DNA from: Chrysemys picta bellii
Lineage: Eukaryota
Assembly: GCF_011386835.1 (NCBI RefSeq)
Contig: NC_088797.1
Coordinates: forward strand, 41,726,001-41,790,000
Length of the DNA: 64,000 nucleotides
Reading direction: 5' to 3'
The position numbers and the translations under genes are program-made. A model generated the notes under the pieces. That model had not been told where the DNA came from. It saw only the letters and a list, made by a program, of their open reading frames with translations, and did no database searches. Shown here one piece after another: positions 37,108 through 49,122 of the stretch. Numbering within the stretch: the first letter of the stretch is position 1; each line of letters opens with the position of its first letter.

Positions 37108-38253
37108 TGTAATGGTTTCGGTCACAGAGACCCCCTTGAGACTGTCACCTGACATGCTGAGATTACCTCTGAACCCATTTTCCCTGCTAGCTTGGGACTC
37201 CAGAACCCTGCCTTGTTGAGCCAGACATGCTAGCCTGCTGCAGCACAGACCCAGGTCTGGGCCACCCCCCAAAGCTGCAGACTTTAACCAAAAACTGCTC
37301 AGCAGGTCACTTATCTCCAGCACCCAGACACCCAGCTCTCAATGGGATCCAAACCCCAAATAAATCCGTTTTACTCTGTATAAAGCTTATACAGAGTAAA
37401 CTCATAAAATGTCCACCCTCTATAACACTGATAGAGAGATATGCACAGCTGTTTGCTCCTCCAGGTATTAATCACTTACTCTGGGTTAATTAATAAACAA
37501 AAGTGATTTTATTAAATATAAAAAGTAGGATTTAAGTGGTTTCAAGTAACAACAGAGAGAACAAAGTAAGTTATCAAGTAAAATAAAGCAAAAACACGCA
37601 AGTCTAAGCCTAATACATTAAGAATCTGTTTACAGGTAAAATCTCACCCTCATAGATGTTCCAATAAGCTTCTTTCACAGACTAGACTCCTTCATAGTCT
37701 GGGCCCAATCCTTTCCCCAGTGCAGTCCTTGTTAGTTCCAGCTCAGGTGGTAGCTAGGGGATTTCTCATGACTGGTAGCCCCCCTTGTTCTGCTCCACCC
37801 CCTTGTATAGCTTTGGCCCAAGGCAGGAATCCTTTGTCTCTCTGGATCCCCACCCCTCCTTCTAAATGGAAAAGCACCAGGTTTAAGATGGATTCCGGTA
37901 TCCTGCGACATGGTCACATGTCCTGTGAGACTTCATTCTTCATTCTTCCAGGGCTGACCCATACCCAAGTCAGTAAACAGAGCCATTTACAACCGATTGT
38001 CCTAGGCAATGGGAGCCATCAAGCTTCCAAACCACCATTAATGGCCCACACTTTGCATAGTTACAATAGAACCTTAGAGTTATACTTTATATTTCTAGCT
38101 TCAGATGCAAGAAGGATACATGCATACAAACAGGATGAACACACTCAATAGATTATAAGCTTTGCAATGATACCTTACAAGAGACCTTTTGCATAAAGCA
38201 TATTCCAGTTACATTATATTCAAACTTATAAACATATGGAGTGAAACATCACA
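37108..38253. mobile_element. Solo LTR (1146 bp)
   Basis: TGTAAT...ATCACA termini and a perfect 5-bp TSD AAATG (37103-37107, 38254-38258). No adjacent PBS or internal domain. Confidence 0.85.
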
Positions 38254-41200
38254 AAATGTTAGTTAATTTTCCTTGTTGTTTGACCAATTACATCAATATT
38301 TCACTCACAGGCATAAATCAACTTAATTTATGAAAAGTTATAGGCATGATTCAAAATTAGGCAGCAATGAATCAGATTATTCACTGACAAACACTTGACC
38401 AAATTCAGAAATGAACTAACATGCTCAGGGTCCCACATCAGATTTTTGGTACAGATAGGAATAGAATCTGTGTCTCATGAGACCAGTGCCCCATCCAATG
38501 CTCTGACCTACATTTAAGTTAACTATATGGTTATCATGAACTCTATTTAATATCATTTCTACTGACAATGTTCCTTCATTACTGCAGCCATGGGCTAGAG
38601 CACGGTGTATTTTTCCACTGATGTAAACAGTTGTGTAGCTTTCCTGAGCATTGTTAAACAGGTGGAACATTCTACACCAGAGATGACTGCACTTCACAAG
38701 CCAGGTACACAGGAATATTGTAAAGTTACCAAAGCAGGCTGATTATTTGGGATGAAATATGCTTGTAAGAGTAATGACTGACTCGGTTCTAATGAATTCA
38801 ACAGGAATAACTATGTGTGCAGTTGTAACTCTTTACAGGACTGGACTAAGAGCTGGTGCGTTGGATGGACCGTGTATCTTTAATTTGAATGTAAGTTAAA
38901 ATGTTTCAGGTTCCTTTGTAAAACAGCTGGGAACACAAAATACATGGAATAAAATGGGTCCAGTTATCTTCTGCTACATAAAACCCCACAAAAAGAAACT
39001 AAGGGCATGAGAAATCTGAGATTTCCTTAGACTGCTCCACTCCACTATCATTTTAATTGCTGATGCTGATGCATCCCCTTCTGCCATCTCCTCCATCCAA
39101 ATAAGAATCCCCAGGAGATCAGCAGGAGGGCTGCTTTTGGGTCTCTAAAGAGCTCTCCCCTCAAAGTGCAAGTCCAATGGATTCTTCCTTAACTACAGAT
39201 GTAAAATTAGATCTTTCTCCCCTCACTCTTTCTGTTTCAAACATGCACTAGAAATTGACCTACTTCATTACTACTGATTCTAGAGTTCTAGAATGCCCCA
39301 CTGGGTCCTGCTGCCACACCAATTCTCAGTCACTTGAAGTAACTTCTTTGTCTGCTGATTTGGTTGAGTTATTTCAGTACTTATCCATTCACTCACTCCC
39401 CAGCAACTCCAATGGAAATTGTATTGTCTCAGATATCAAGTCTCCTAGGAATGCTAAAACAAGGAACTTAAGCTTTCTGCTAATTGTACCATAAGAGTTT
39501 GTGGGGAGATAACGATGTAAAAATGGCAATGTTGGTATGTGCTTCATCTGCCCCTAAGCTAATATACTTCAAAGAAAAGAAATATTGCCAAACTTTAACT
39601 TTCTCTATATGTTACATTTAAATACAGTATTGGGTCTTATTCTCACACTGTTCAATTTTTCAGAAATGATACCAGTCCAGTACTGTCACTAAATCTCCAG
39701 CAGACTTAATCCTATACAGTTATCTGAATTGACCAGTATATCACTATGTTCTATGCACAAAAACATGACTGGTTCAGGAATATGGGCCTGACCCAACAGT
39801 GTCCTTCGACAGAAAGCACACATATAAAATAAAAAAGTTTAAATAATCATCCTACCTGTAAATCTGATGGATTGATTTTTTGGGCTTTTATTCTTCCTTT
39901 TGTAATAAAACAAATTCAAAAATAAAGCTAGGCTACAAAGCTCACAACTACTACTACTAAGTATTATGAAGGCACCACAATTGTGGTTCTACAGTTAAGC
40001 CTGAGTTCAGTTTTTCAGTTAAGGTGACAATTAGACCTTTGTTTTGCATGGAGAATAGTATTCTCTCCCCTAAATTTACAATATATAATCTATAAGTGAA
40101 GATTGAGATTTTTCTGATGATTTTCAAGTAAATTTGTTAATTACTTTAAGTTAAAATTAATTAAATCAATGATTTTAGAAACTTTACTTTCAATCTCTTA
40201 TTTCAATAACCTCCTGGAAAGTGGGTAGGGGTGAGAGGAAAAAGGGAGAGAGAGAGGTGGTTATTTGAAAGTTATTTCACATGTAGATTTTCAGCAGGTT
40301 ATTGTGTTATCTTTTGGTTTGATAATATCGGTCATAGCAGTTAAAAAAATCTAACTCTCCTAATTGTGTGAAAAATCTTGAAAATATGGACAATATTATA
40401 TTTTGTGGCTAGTTTTACAAAAATAATCTCATTTTACAAAAATAATCTTGAAATTCCTGTTCTTTGTGGAAGTGTAAAAAGCCACTTTGACATCCTTTCT
40501 AAAAATACAAAATGGTCCAAAGGAAGTACACATAACACAATGTACATCTATCAGACAAGACTGCTGCACACACACCGCCAGACAAAACCTCAAAAAGAAA
40601 TGAAAAGTGAAGCCATCTAACTGCACACACCCTCTCCTCATCTACCCAGTGCCACACACCTCAATACAAGTACTCTATAATTCAGACACTGGTTCACAAT
40701 CTTAACACTGCCATAATAGGAATGTTTGCCTCCCAGTAGTTCCTTCCCCAAACTTGAATCAGTATGGTCCCAGACTGATGGGACAGTATGGCCTGGGAGG
40801 AATCTGATTTGTTTGATAGGTAACAGGAGGTAAGACTCTGGAGAACAGTGTGCAAAAAGATTGGCAACTCTGTCCCAATAGGGATGAGGCTGTAGTGTAT
40901 ACACATGGGGGTTTAGTGGCTGTGCGTGCAGTAAGGTGCATCACTGCATGGAGGAAAAGGGTTATATACTGTAAAACAAATTATTATTTCCTTTTCTTGC
41001 TTTTGAAGTAAATTATGGGTGTAGCCAGCCTAGTGTTTTTGGTGTAAGTATAGTTAAAACCTGACGCAGTTACCTAGAGAAACCCAGGAAAAATGTATAT
41101 GGCTACTTTGTGCGACCACAAGTGACAGAAGGTACCTTGTTTTCTTTTTCAAATACTCATGGTATGACATAAAATGCAAGCTAAGTGTCTCCACACTTCT

Positions 41201-43640
41201 ATAATGTACTTGAACATCTTCATCTTCAAAAACATATTATTTCACTTATAAAGGTTTCTTTAACTTTTGGGTATCTATAAGGACAACCTGGCATTGATTA
41301 ATCTCCTTCAGCCTTTAACAAGACTATTGGGCACTGAATGCATTTTTAGTAACTTTTTGAGATGCTAAGATAAAACAATGTTCTCTGCAAGGAACTCATT
41401 CAATTTTCATGACTGAATTCTTAAGGGGATAAATATAATTTCAAGTGGCACCCAAAGAGGGAATGGCAATACTTGCTCTGCCATCGGACTTCTGCTTCTA
41501 AAACTTAATTGTCATAATCAAAAGACCAAAAATGGAAATCAATTGCAAGTCAGTAAACTGCATTTCAGCAAATTTGATACAGCAATTCAGACTTCTTCCA
41601 AACCAGGGTTCGTCCAGTTTTCTCATCTCCAGGGTGCTATCACTCTGTTCACTCTCTCTAACACAGTGAAATGGACCCCTTTCCATGTGATTGTTTTTTA
41701 CTGATTTTAGATACATTAAACAAGAGCTCTAAAATAACACAATAGCAGGTTCCCTGCCCCTTCACCCCACATGCTCTTAGGACTGAAGGCTACTTCCATT
41801 GAAGCCAGATACATGATTCTTTATCTAGAGTTAGCTAGCTTGCCTTCAAGTACAGTTTCACTCTGAAATGTGAATCTCTAGGAATGACATTGTGGGGTAC
41901 CATTTCATTACCCCTTAATGGCTTTCAGATGAACTACACAAATAAATAAATAAATAAATATGTAAACAATAAACATTTGTAAATATTTATTTTTAAATAC
42001 AAATATGACTGTAATTGCCAACCCTGCATATTCAGTCTAGGAACAGAAAGTCAAGCTAGAATCTGTTTTATAGATGGTGATGTGTATGAAGGAAAGATCA
42101 TGGAGGCCAAATTCTGCCTGAGGTAATATTCTCGTAACCACAGTAAAGACTTGTGATGCCTGTGCAACCTCAGAAAGAATCATTTGACATGCTGAATATT
42201 TATGAATTGATGTGTGAGAAGAAACAAACCCATCATGTTCAGAACCCAAGCTGAGTCTGAATTACTTTAGTAAAATTTTATCTGGGAGTTGCTATGTCAA
42301 ATCTCAGTTCCACAGTAAAATTGGATATTTTACTGATTTTGGTGCCATTCCCGAAGATCCTCTGCCTATCTATCATAGGAAGGAAAAAACACACGTTATA
42401 CTTTTGAGTATGAACTCCTGCTTGTTGAAGAAAATATTTGTGTCAGCTGAGTAGAAAGTCGGTCCATTTCAGTCTTTAATAGAGTCTTATAAAAACCCTC
42501 AGTAGCTAACAACTTCATTAATAATACTTCCCTCTGCCAAGGAATTCAAGTTGTTATACTTAAATTATTAATAAGAAAAGATTACTTAAACTTTCCAAAG
42601 TTATAGGACAGAAATATTTCTTCCCAATTTTCTGAGTAGTTCTCATGAAGTCACATCCTTAAACTATTCCCAAATTTTGAAATTTAGGTCACGCTATGAA
42701 ACTGTGTCTAGATAACTTGGGTTCCTTTTTCATTTTTTGTATCGGATACCTCCTAATCCTTCTTTAAGAAGGAATAGTTTCAGACAGGACAAAACAAATT
42801 GGAGGAACTTAGGCACCAGTGGAGGTGCCTCCTTATTTCTTTTAGCCTGCTGGTTAGAGGGCTCACCTAGGATATGGGTCACTGGGGTTCATTTTCCCTC
42901 TACCTGAAGTGCAGAAGGGATTTTAATTTGGGTGTCCTATATTTCAGGGGAGTGCTCTAGCCACTCAGCTATTGGATATGGGGTCTCTCGCTCCTGTTGA
43001 AGCTGTTCCACTATGTATAAGTAATTAAATAGTAATTGGTTATCGGATAACCAATAGCAGACAGGCACACTTTGACCAAATTACCCAAGCTTTGACACAC
43101 ACCTTTTTCTACAATTCTAAAGTACTGACAAATGCAACAATTCTTGCAGCCTTAAACTGAAGTTTCAATGAAGTAGAAACCAAGACAAGCACTTAGATTA
43201 GGAAGCAACCACAAAATACGAACTGTTCCTGCCTAGCCTTACAGATATTGTTAATACAATTACTAACTACCTATTCATTGGAAGTAATTTATTGTGAATC
43301 TGAAGGTGGAAGTCAACTTCAGAGGAAGTGAAAGGGAAAAAAAACAGGTTAAAGCAAATTTAGATAAGATAGTGTATTCAAATCACCAGGGCCTGACACA
43401 ATTCACCCTTGGATATTTAAGGAACTAGCTGAAACAATTTTGGAACCATTAGCAATTATCTTTGAGAACTCCTTGAGGATGGGTGAGGTTGCAGAGGACT
43501 TGGGAAGTGCAAACATAGTACCTATCTTTAAAAGGGGGAACAAAGAAGACCTGAGGAATTATAGATCAGTCAGCCTAACTCTGATACTTAGAAAGGTACT
43601 GGAACAAATTATGAAACAATTAATTTGTAAGTCTCTAGAG

Positions 43641-44345
43641 AAGTGGTTTTCAAACTTTTTTTCCGGGGACCCAGCTGAAGAAAATTGTTGATGCCTGCAA
43701 CCCAACGGAGCTGGGGATGAGGGGTTTGAGGTGTGGGAGGGGCTCAGGGCAGAGGGTTGGGGTGCAGGGGTGAGGGCTGCGGGGTGGGGTAGGGGGTTGG
43801 GATGTGGGAGGGGGTCAGGGCTCTGGGCTGGGGATGAGGGATTTGGGGTGCAGGAGGGGCTCTGAGTTGCGGGGGCTCAGGGCTGGGGCAGGGGATTGGG
43901 GCGCGGGTACAGACTTACCTTCGGCAGCTCAGCAGTCAGGGTGCACTGCGGACTGCGCTGCACCCTGGAAGCAGCCAGCAGCCAGCAGCAGGTCCGGCTC
44001 CTAGACGGAGGCGCGCAAGCGGCTTTGTGCAACTCTTCCCCACAGGCACTGCCCCCCCCCCAGTTCCCATTGGCCAGTTCCCAGCCAATGGGAGTTCGGA
44101 GCCAGTGCTCGGGGCGGGGGCAGTACACGGAGCCCCATGGCCCCCCTGCCTAGAAACCGGACTGCTGCTGGCCACTTCCGGGGCGTAGCGCAGTGTTGCA
44201 ACAGGTAGGCACTAGCCTGCCTTAGCTGGGCAGCACCGCCGACTTTTAATGTCCTGCTCGGGGGTGCTGACCAGAGCAAGGCAACCCAGCGCCATACATG
44301 CCGCGACCCAGTACTGGGTCACAACCGGTGGATTGAAAAACACTG
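43641..44345. mobile_element. hAT (Charlie-like) MITE nested in CR1
   Basis: TIRs AAGTGGTTTTCAA / TTGAAAAACACTG and a perfect 8-bp TSD CTCTAGAG (43633-43640, 44346-44353), the NTCTAGAN target preferred by Charlie-type hATs. Confidence 0.92.
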
Positions 44346-44951
44346 CTCTAGAGTATAATAGGGTGATAAGTAGTAGCCAACATAGACTTGTCAAGAACAA
44401 ATCATGCCAAACCAACCTAATATCCTTCTTTGATAAGATTACTGGCCTAGTGGATGCAGGGAGGGGACGCAGTAGACATGATATACCTTGATTTTAATAA
44501 AGTTGTTGACACAGTCCCACCAAGACATTCTCATAGGCAAATTAAGGAAATGTGGTCTAGCTTAAACCACTATGAGGTCGGGGCAAAACTGTTTGAAAGA
44601 TTATACTCAAAGAGCAGTTATCAATGGTTCACTGAGAAACTGGCAAGATGTATCTCATGGGGTCCCTCAGGTGTCAGTCTTGAGTCCAGTATTATTTAAT
44701 ATTTTTATTAACTACTTGGATAATGAAGTAGAGATTATGCTTATTAAATATGTGGATGACTCCAAGCTGTGAGAGATTGCAAGCTCTTTGGAGGACAGGA
44801 TTTGAAATTCAAAACAACCAGAGGTATCATATCTAAGACGCGGGAGGTAGTTTTTCCATTCAACTTGGGTTTGATAAGTCTAACCTAGAGTACTGGGCAC
44901 CACACTTTAAGAAAGATGTGGTCAAACGGGAAAGAGTCCAGTGGAGAACAA

Positions 44952-44990
44952 CATCTGATGAAGTGGGCTGTAGCCCACGAAAGCTTATGC
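44952..44990 (+). ncRNA. Minimal type I hammerhead ribozyme motif
   Basis: Stem I CAT/ATG, core CTGATGA (44955-44961), stem II GTGGGC-TGTA-GCCCAC, GAAA (44979-44982) and a palindromic AGCT stem III. The predicted NUH is CUU. Confidence 0.75.
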
Positions 44991-45040
44991 TCAAATAAAT
45001 TTGTTAGTCTCTAAGGTGCCACAAGTACTCCTGTTCTTTT
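44952..45040 (+). mobile_element. Penelope-like element 3' stub nested in CR1
   Basis: CATCTGATGAAG...AAATAAATTTGTTAGTCTCTAAGGTGCCACAAGTACTCC matches the PLE 3' ends at 27470-27558 and 25360-25450. The CR1 sequence resumes on both sides. Confidence 0.85.
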
Positions 45041-45451
45041 TTTAGAAGTTATAAAAGGTTTAGAAAACCTGACCTATGAAGAAAGTTTAGAAAAACTGGT
45101 ATGCTTAGTCTTGAGAAAAGAAGACTGAGGAAGGACCTGATAACAGTCTAAATATGTTAAGGGCTGTTATAAGGAGGATAGTGATCAATTGTTCTCTATG
45201 TCCACTGAAAGTAGAGCAAAAAGTAGTCAGCTTAATTTGCAGCAATGGAGATTTAGAATAGACATTAGGAAAAGTTTTGTAATTATAAAGATTAAGCACC
45301 AGAATAGTTTACCAAGGGGGTTATGGAATCTCCATTACTGGAGGTTTTTAAGCACAATTAGACAAACACCTGTCAGGGATAGTCTAGTCTTGGTGCTGCC
45401 TCAGCAGAAGAAGAGGAATTCCGGAAGGGCGGAGTGGGAGATAACCTCTAA

Positions 45452-45600
45452 GAGTATGCCTACACTGCGATAAAAAAACATGCAGCACCAAGTCAGAGCC
45501 TCGGTCAACTGACTTGGGCTGAAGAGGCTCAGGCTGCAGGGCTAAAAATTGCAGTGTTATGTTTGAGCTTGGGCTGGAGCCTAGGTCCCTTGTCAAATCA
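45452..45600. mobile_element. Harbinger-like MITE fragment (same family as 711-950)
   Basis: Starts TAA|GAGTATGCCTACACTGC, and the internal GGGCTAAAAATTGCAGTG...GGGCTGGAGCC resembles the 711-950 copy. The right end is unclear. Confidence 0.55.
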
Positions 45601-47465
45601 GGCAATTGTAAAGTGCAATGAATAAATGCACTAGTTCTACTGTGCAAATTGCAAGTAAGTCCAGGGTAGCCTGTTCACACTCATATCCCTGTGAAACTGC
45701 AGCATATGTTTCACTGAACCAGTCTGTCAAAAAGGAGAGGCTAAAGGAAGAGACAGCACACAACTGCATTCTAAAACATCAGTCCCAGAGATTGTAATTG
45801 CTGCCTTTGGCTGTTTCTTTTGTGCAGCAATGTTCTGAGTCTGATACAGGCTGACATCATATGAGCCTACATAGCACTGTGATTGTTTGCAATTCCAATT
45901 TGTACTCCTAACTAATACAGAACATAGATGTCTGAAACTCTTACAAAAAAAAATTAGCAGCATAAAAGTCTCTATTAGATCTTTCCCCTTCCGAAAGGAT
46001 GGAAAACACACATAATACAATGTTTAGAAATTTATGATTATACAACAGCTTTTGTTTAAATATTTATATGGGCATTGCAGTAGGTTAAGCACTGTACAAA
46101 AACAGAGGTAAAACAGGCCCTACGCTGAAAAGCTTGTAGTCTAAGGCCTTGAATTGCAAGCTCTTGCATGGGCAGATCCCAATGACATCAAAGACGCTCC
46201 AGGAGATGCAAGGTGGTGCTGCGAACATGAACTTATTTGGCCCTAAAACTTCAATTTTGAGCACTTTAGATGTTACCTAAGAACTTATCTATTATACAAG
46301 AGAAAATGGAAACTGGGTAATTAATTTTAGAAGCCTAGTCGTACATGGATTGCAAATACCTAGAAGTACTAATCTTAGAGACAAGATTATCTCTAGTGGG
46401 TTCCTGAAAAAGTATGAAATAATGAATTCATCTAAATGAACATCCTCAATGGATCACACTTAAATATATTCATTCAACAAAGAAGACACTCTGCAAAAGA
46501 GGATGCACAGTTTGTGGCTTTATCCTCTCAAACTGCAAATCTGTCAAAAACAAAAAGTGCTTCCACTTTGTGGGATTATAATGCAGTTATCACTGTACCT
46601 TGTGGTCAAATTCTCCAACTGGACACAGTCTATTAGTCCCCTGTTACATGGCTGAGATGTAGTGTGTGTGTGTAGCATGCAAATCAATCTATTCTAGTAT
46701 CAAACTAGTACTTCATGGTTTGTAGCAGCAGGATTATCAGGTGAGCCAAAGGACAACTTCTATTGGCTACTAATGATATTTATGGAACAAAGTGACTTAA
46801 AATCTGTTTTCAGTGTAATAAGAATTTCTCAACTGAAAGATACTCCAAACACACAGCAGTCGTTTAATAAGCTCAGCAATTATGTTGTATGACATGAGTA
46901 ACAATCAGTGCCTAGCGCAGGAGCACAAAATGAGGGAGAAATGGCTATTTCTTACGGATTTGAAGACAACTGAACTAAATGAGGTATATAGGAATTATGC
47001 AAGACTTAGGAGCTCTCCAAAACCAGTTTGATATTATAATTAGCAGAATTGGTCCAAATACATAAAAATAGGTGGCAACTCTGTTAGCCCTCTCCCGTCT
47101 TTCCCAAAGAAGTTGAGGGTGTTAAATAGTCCAGTCCCTCTTTTTACAACAAAACTTTTAAAATAAATCTCAGAAACCACAGTATATCTTAGAATATAAA
47201 TGACAGTCTCTGTTCCAGAATACTCTACGCCTGTTGCATTTTCTTGAGCCGCAATCAGACAGCTAAAGCTAAAATCTTGAGATATCTACCAAAAGGTGAG
47301 GTGGTCTATTCTTGCAGATCAGGTACAGCAAGTGTCTGTCCGCTGATATCATATAAAGCCTGAATGTCAAAACCCATAAATCTGCTATCAGCAGTTAAGT
47401 CAGGAGCTGCCCTTCCTTGTTTTCCTGATAAATGTGTACATTATGTAAACAGAGGCAAGCCAGGG

Positions 47466-47632
47466 GGGAGGGATATCTCAGTGGTTTGAGCATTGGCCTG
47501 CTTACCCTAGGGTTGTGAGTTCAATCCTTGAGGGGGCCACTTAGGGATCTGGGGCAAAATCAGTACTTGGTCCTGCTAGTGAAGGCAGGGGGCTGGACTT
47601 GATGACCTTTCAAGGTCCCTTCCAGTTCTAGG
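47466..47632 (+). mobile_element. tRNA-derived SINE (tortoise PolIII/SINE type) with CR1-derived tail
   Basis: A box TATCTCAGTGG (47474-47484), B box GTTCAATCC (47519-47527), and the tail TACTTGGTCCTGC...GATGACCTTTCAAGGTCCCTTCCAGTTCTAG, similar to the CR1 3' end at 49040-49105. Confidence 0.9.
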
Positions 47633-48537
47633 AGATGGAATATCTCCATTATTTTAATTTAATTTTTAATTTAATACCCACCTAACTCTTCTTTGGAACG
47701 GAAGATACTTCTGGATCTAGGAAATGGGAACAATCTGATAGAAGTAGAACACAGTGCTGCAGGGAAACAAGTCTCCCTCTGGCTTTTCCTCATCTATGTA
47801 TCCTGCATGTCTGGGATGATGTCCTTTCTCCCCGCAAAATCTTTTGCCTACTTACTGTCCAATCCTGGAAATACACATGATTATCCTTACTACTACAAGT
47901 AGTTCCAGTGAAGCAAACAGACTGAACAGCAGAAATGGATGCCTGTTGTAGTGATGCCCAAATACAACCTGCCACACTTGAAAAATCATTGCTAGGTTCT
48001 ATCTTCTGAGGGCTGATGCTGTGATCTTGGCACTACCTTGGTGAAGACTTCCAGAGCTGTGGCTAAGCCAAAGGGCAAAGGAAGAGTAGTGCAGGAAACT
48101 AATTCCTTTATTTGGTGAGTATTTCATGGCCTAAAGCACAAGGGATGGTATACTTAATTCTATTATTAGCACCTATTTAAATCCTTTTAAAACTGGCCAC
48201 ACAAAATGATAATCTTCTTTTGAACCCTAATCTTTCTGATTTCCAGTGGCAGTGGGTTCGTCAAGTTCACGATGCACTATATTATCAAACCTTTAATTTC
48301 AACATTGTGTCTTTAACAATGCCTATAAGCCTCCACTTTCAAGGTAGCCATCCAGACTGATGGATACATTGCATTTTAATGCGCCTCTCAATCACAAACT
48401 GCTGTTCAAATCACTTCAGAGTTAGGATCCATAGATCCTCTTTAAGACATGAAGCACAGATTCTATCCATGATTCTCTCCCAAAAGTGACAGCTCATCTG
48501 ATTGACACAATGGAAATGGAGTGTGAAAATTACTCAC

Positions 48538-48568
48538 TTTTGGTTTGGTGACAATGACAATGTCTTTC
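48538..48568 (-). other. Candidate 31-bp internal exon of an unidentified transcript
   Basis: The minus strand reads ccttcctttgcttcccag|GAAAGACATTGTCATTGTCACCAAACCAAAA|gtgagt, with consensus acceptor and donor. It is open in all three frames, and the product is not recognised. Confidence 0.35.
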
Positions 48569-49006
48569 CTGGGAAGCAAAGGAAGGTGAACAAACAATGA
48601 CAGCCTCTATTATAACTAAACTAATCCAAAGCACAGTCTTTGAGTAGATGGCCTGTAGGTTTCTCCATTCATGCCTCACAAAGCGTGATGGCTATCAATA
48701 ATAGGGAAAGCGGAGGCTGGCAGCTAACAGCAGGGAGTAGGAACAAGTGCTCCTTTGGAAAACTTGCTGGAATTTTCTATAACCACAGACAGACTGAAAG
48801 GACCGAGTACGGTCTCTCTCGACAGCAGTATTTCCCAAAGCTCGGGAGCATGGGTGTGCAGATAAAACTCTCAATTGTCCTCCAGAGTCTTGGCTTTTAT
48901 GAAGAAAAATTAGCCTCCAACTTCAAAATGTGACACAAGTGTAACTCATGTAACATCGTCTGCCTGATTTTACAAAGAGTACAGTACCTCTGAGAGATGA
49001 CTATCT

Positions 49007-49122
49007 AGATAAATGTCTATCAGGGATGGTCTAGACAGTATTTGGTCCTGCCATGCGGGCAGGGGACTGGACTCGATGACCTCTCGAGGTCCCTTCCAGT
49101 CCTAGAATCTATGAATCTATGA
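49007..49122 (+). mobile_element. CR1 LINE 3' terminal stub
   Basis: CAGGGATGGTCTAGA...GAGGTCCCTTCCAGTCCTAG followed by the terminal (AATCTATG)2 octamer repeat. Confidence 0.9.

Larger units (their letters stand above)
43340..45408 (+). mobile_element. CR1 LINE ORF2 3' part, interrupted by a hAT MITE and a Penelope stub
   Basis: EPLAIIFENS...ANIVPIFKRGNKEDLRNYRSVSL (43440-43691), VDMIYLDFNKVVD (44454-) and GVPQVSVLSPVLFNIFINYL...IKYVDDSKL (44572-44772), then the CR1 tail near 45190-45400. Confidence 0.92.

Noticed and set aside
19889-38253. Solo LTRs at 19889-23128 and 37108-38253 as two ends of one provirus
   Set aside because: Their sequences are unrelated to each other and to the Gmr1 LTR, and each has its own TSD.
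42840-42970. tRNA-like segment TAGCCTGCTGGTTAGAGGGCTCACC...GGGTTC
   Set aside because: The boxes are degenerate and there is no cloverleaf. It is most likely part of a decayed repeat whose ends I could not define.
47466-47540. Possible tRNA gene (A and B boxes)
   Set aside because: There is no acceptor stem or terminator, and it continues into a CR1-derived tail, so it is a SINE.
48640-48933. 97-aa plus-strand ORF in unique sequence
   Set aside because: It starts at TTG, has no recognisable domain or splice context, and its length is within chance expectation.
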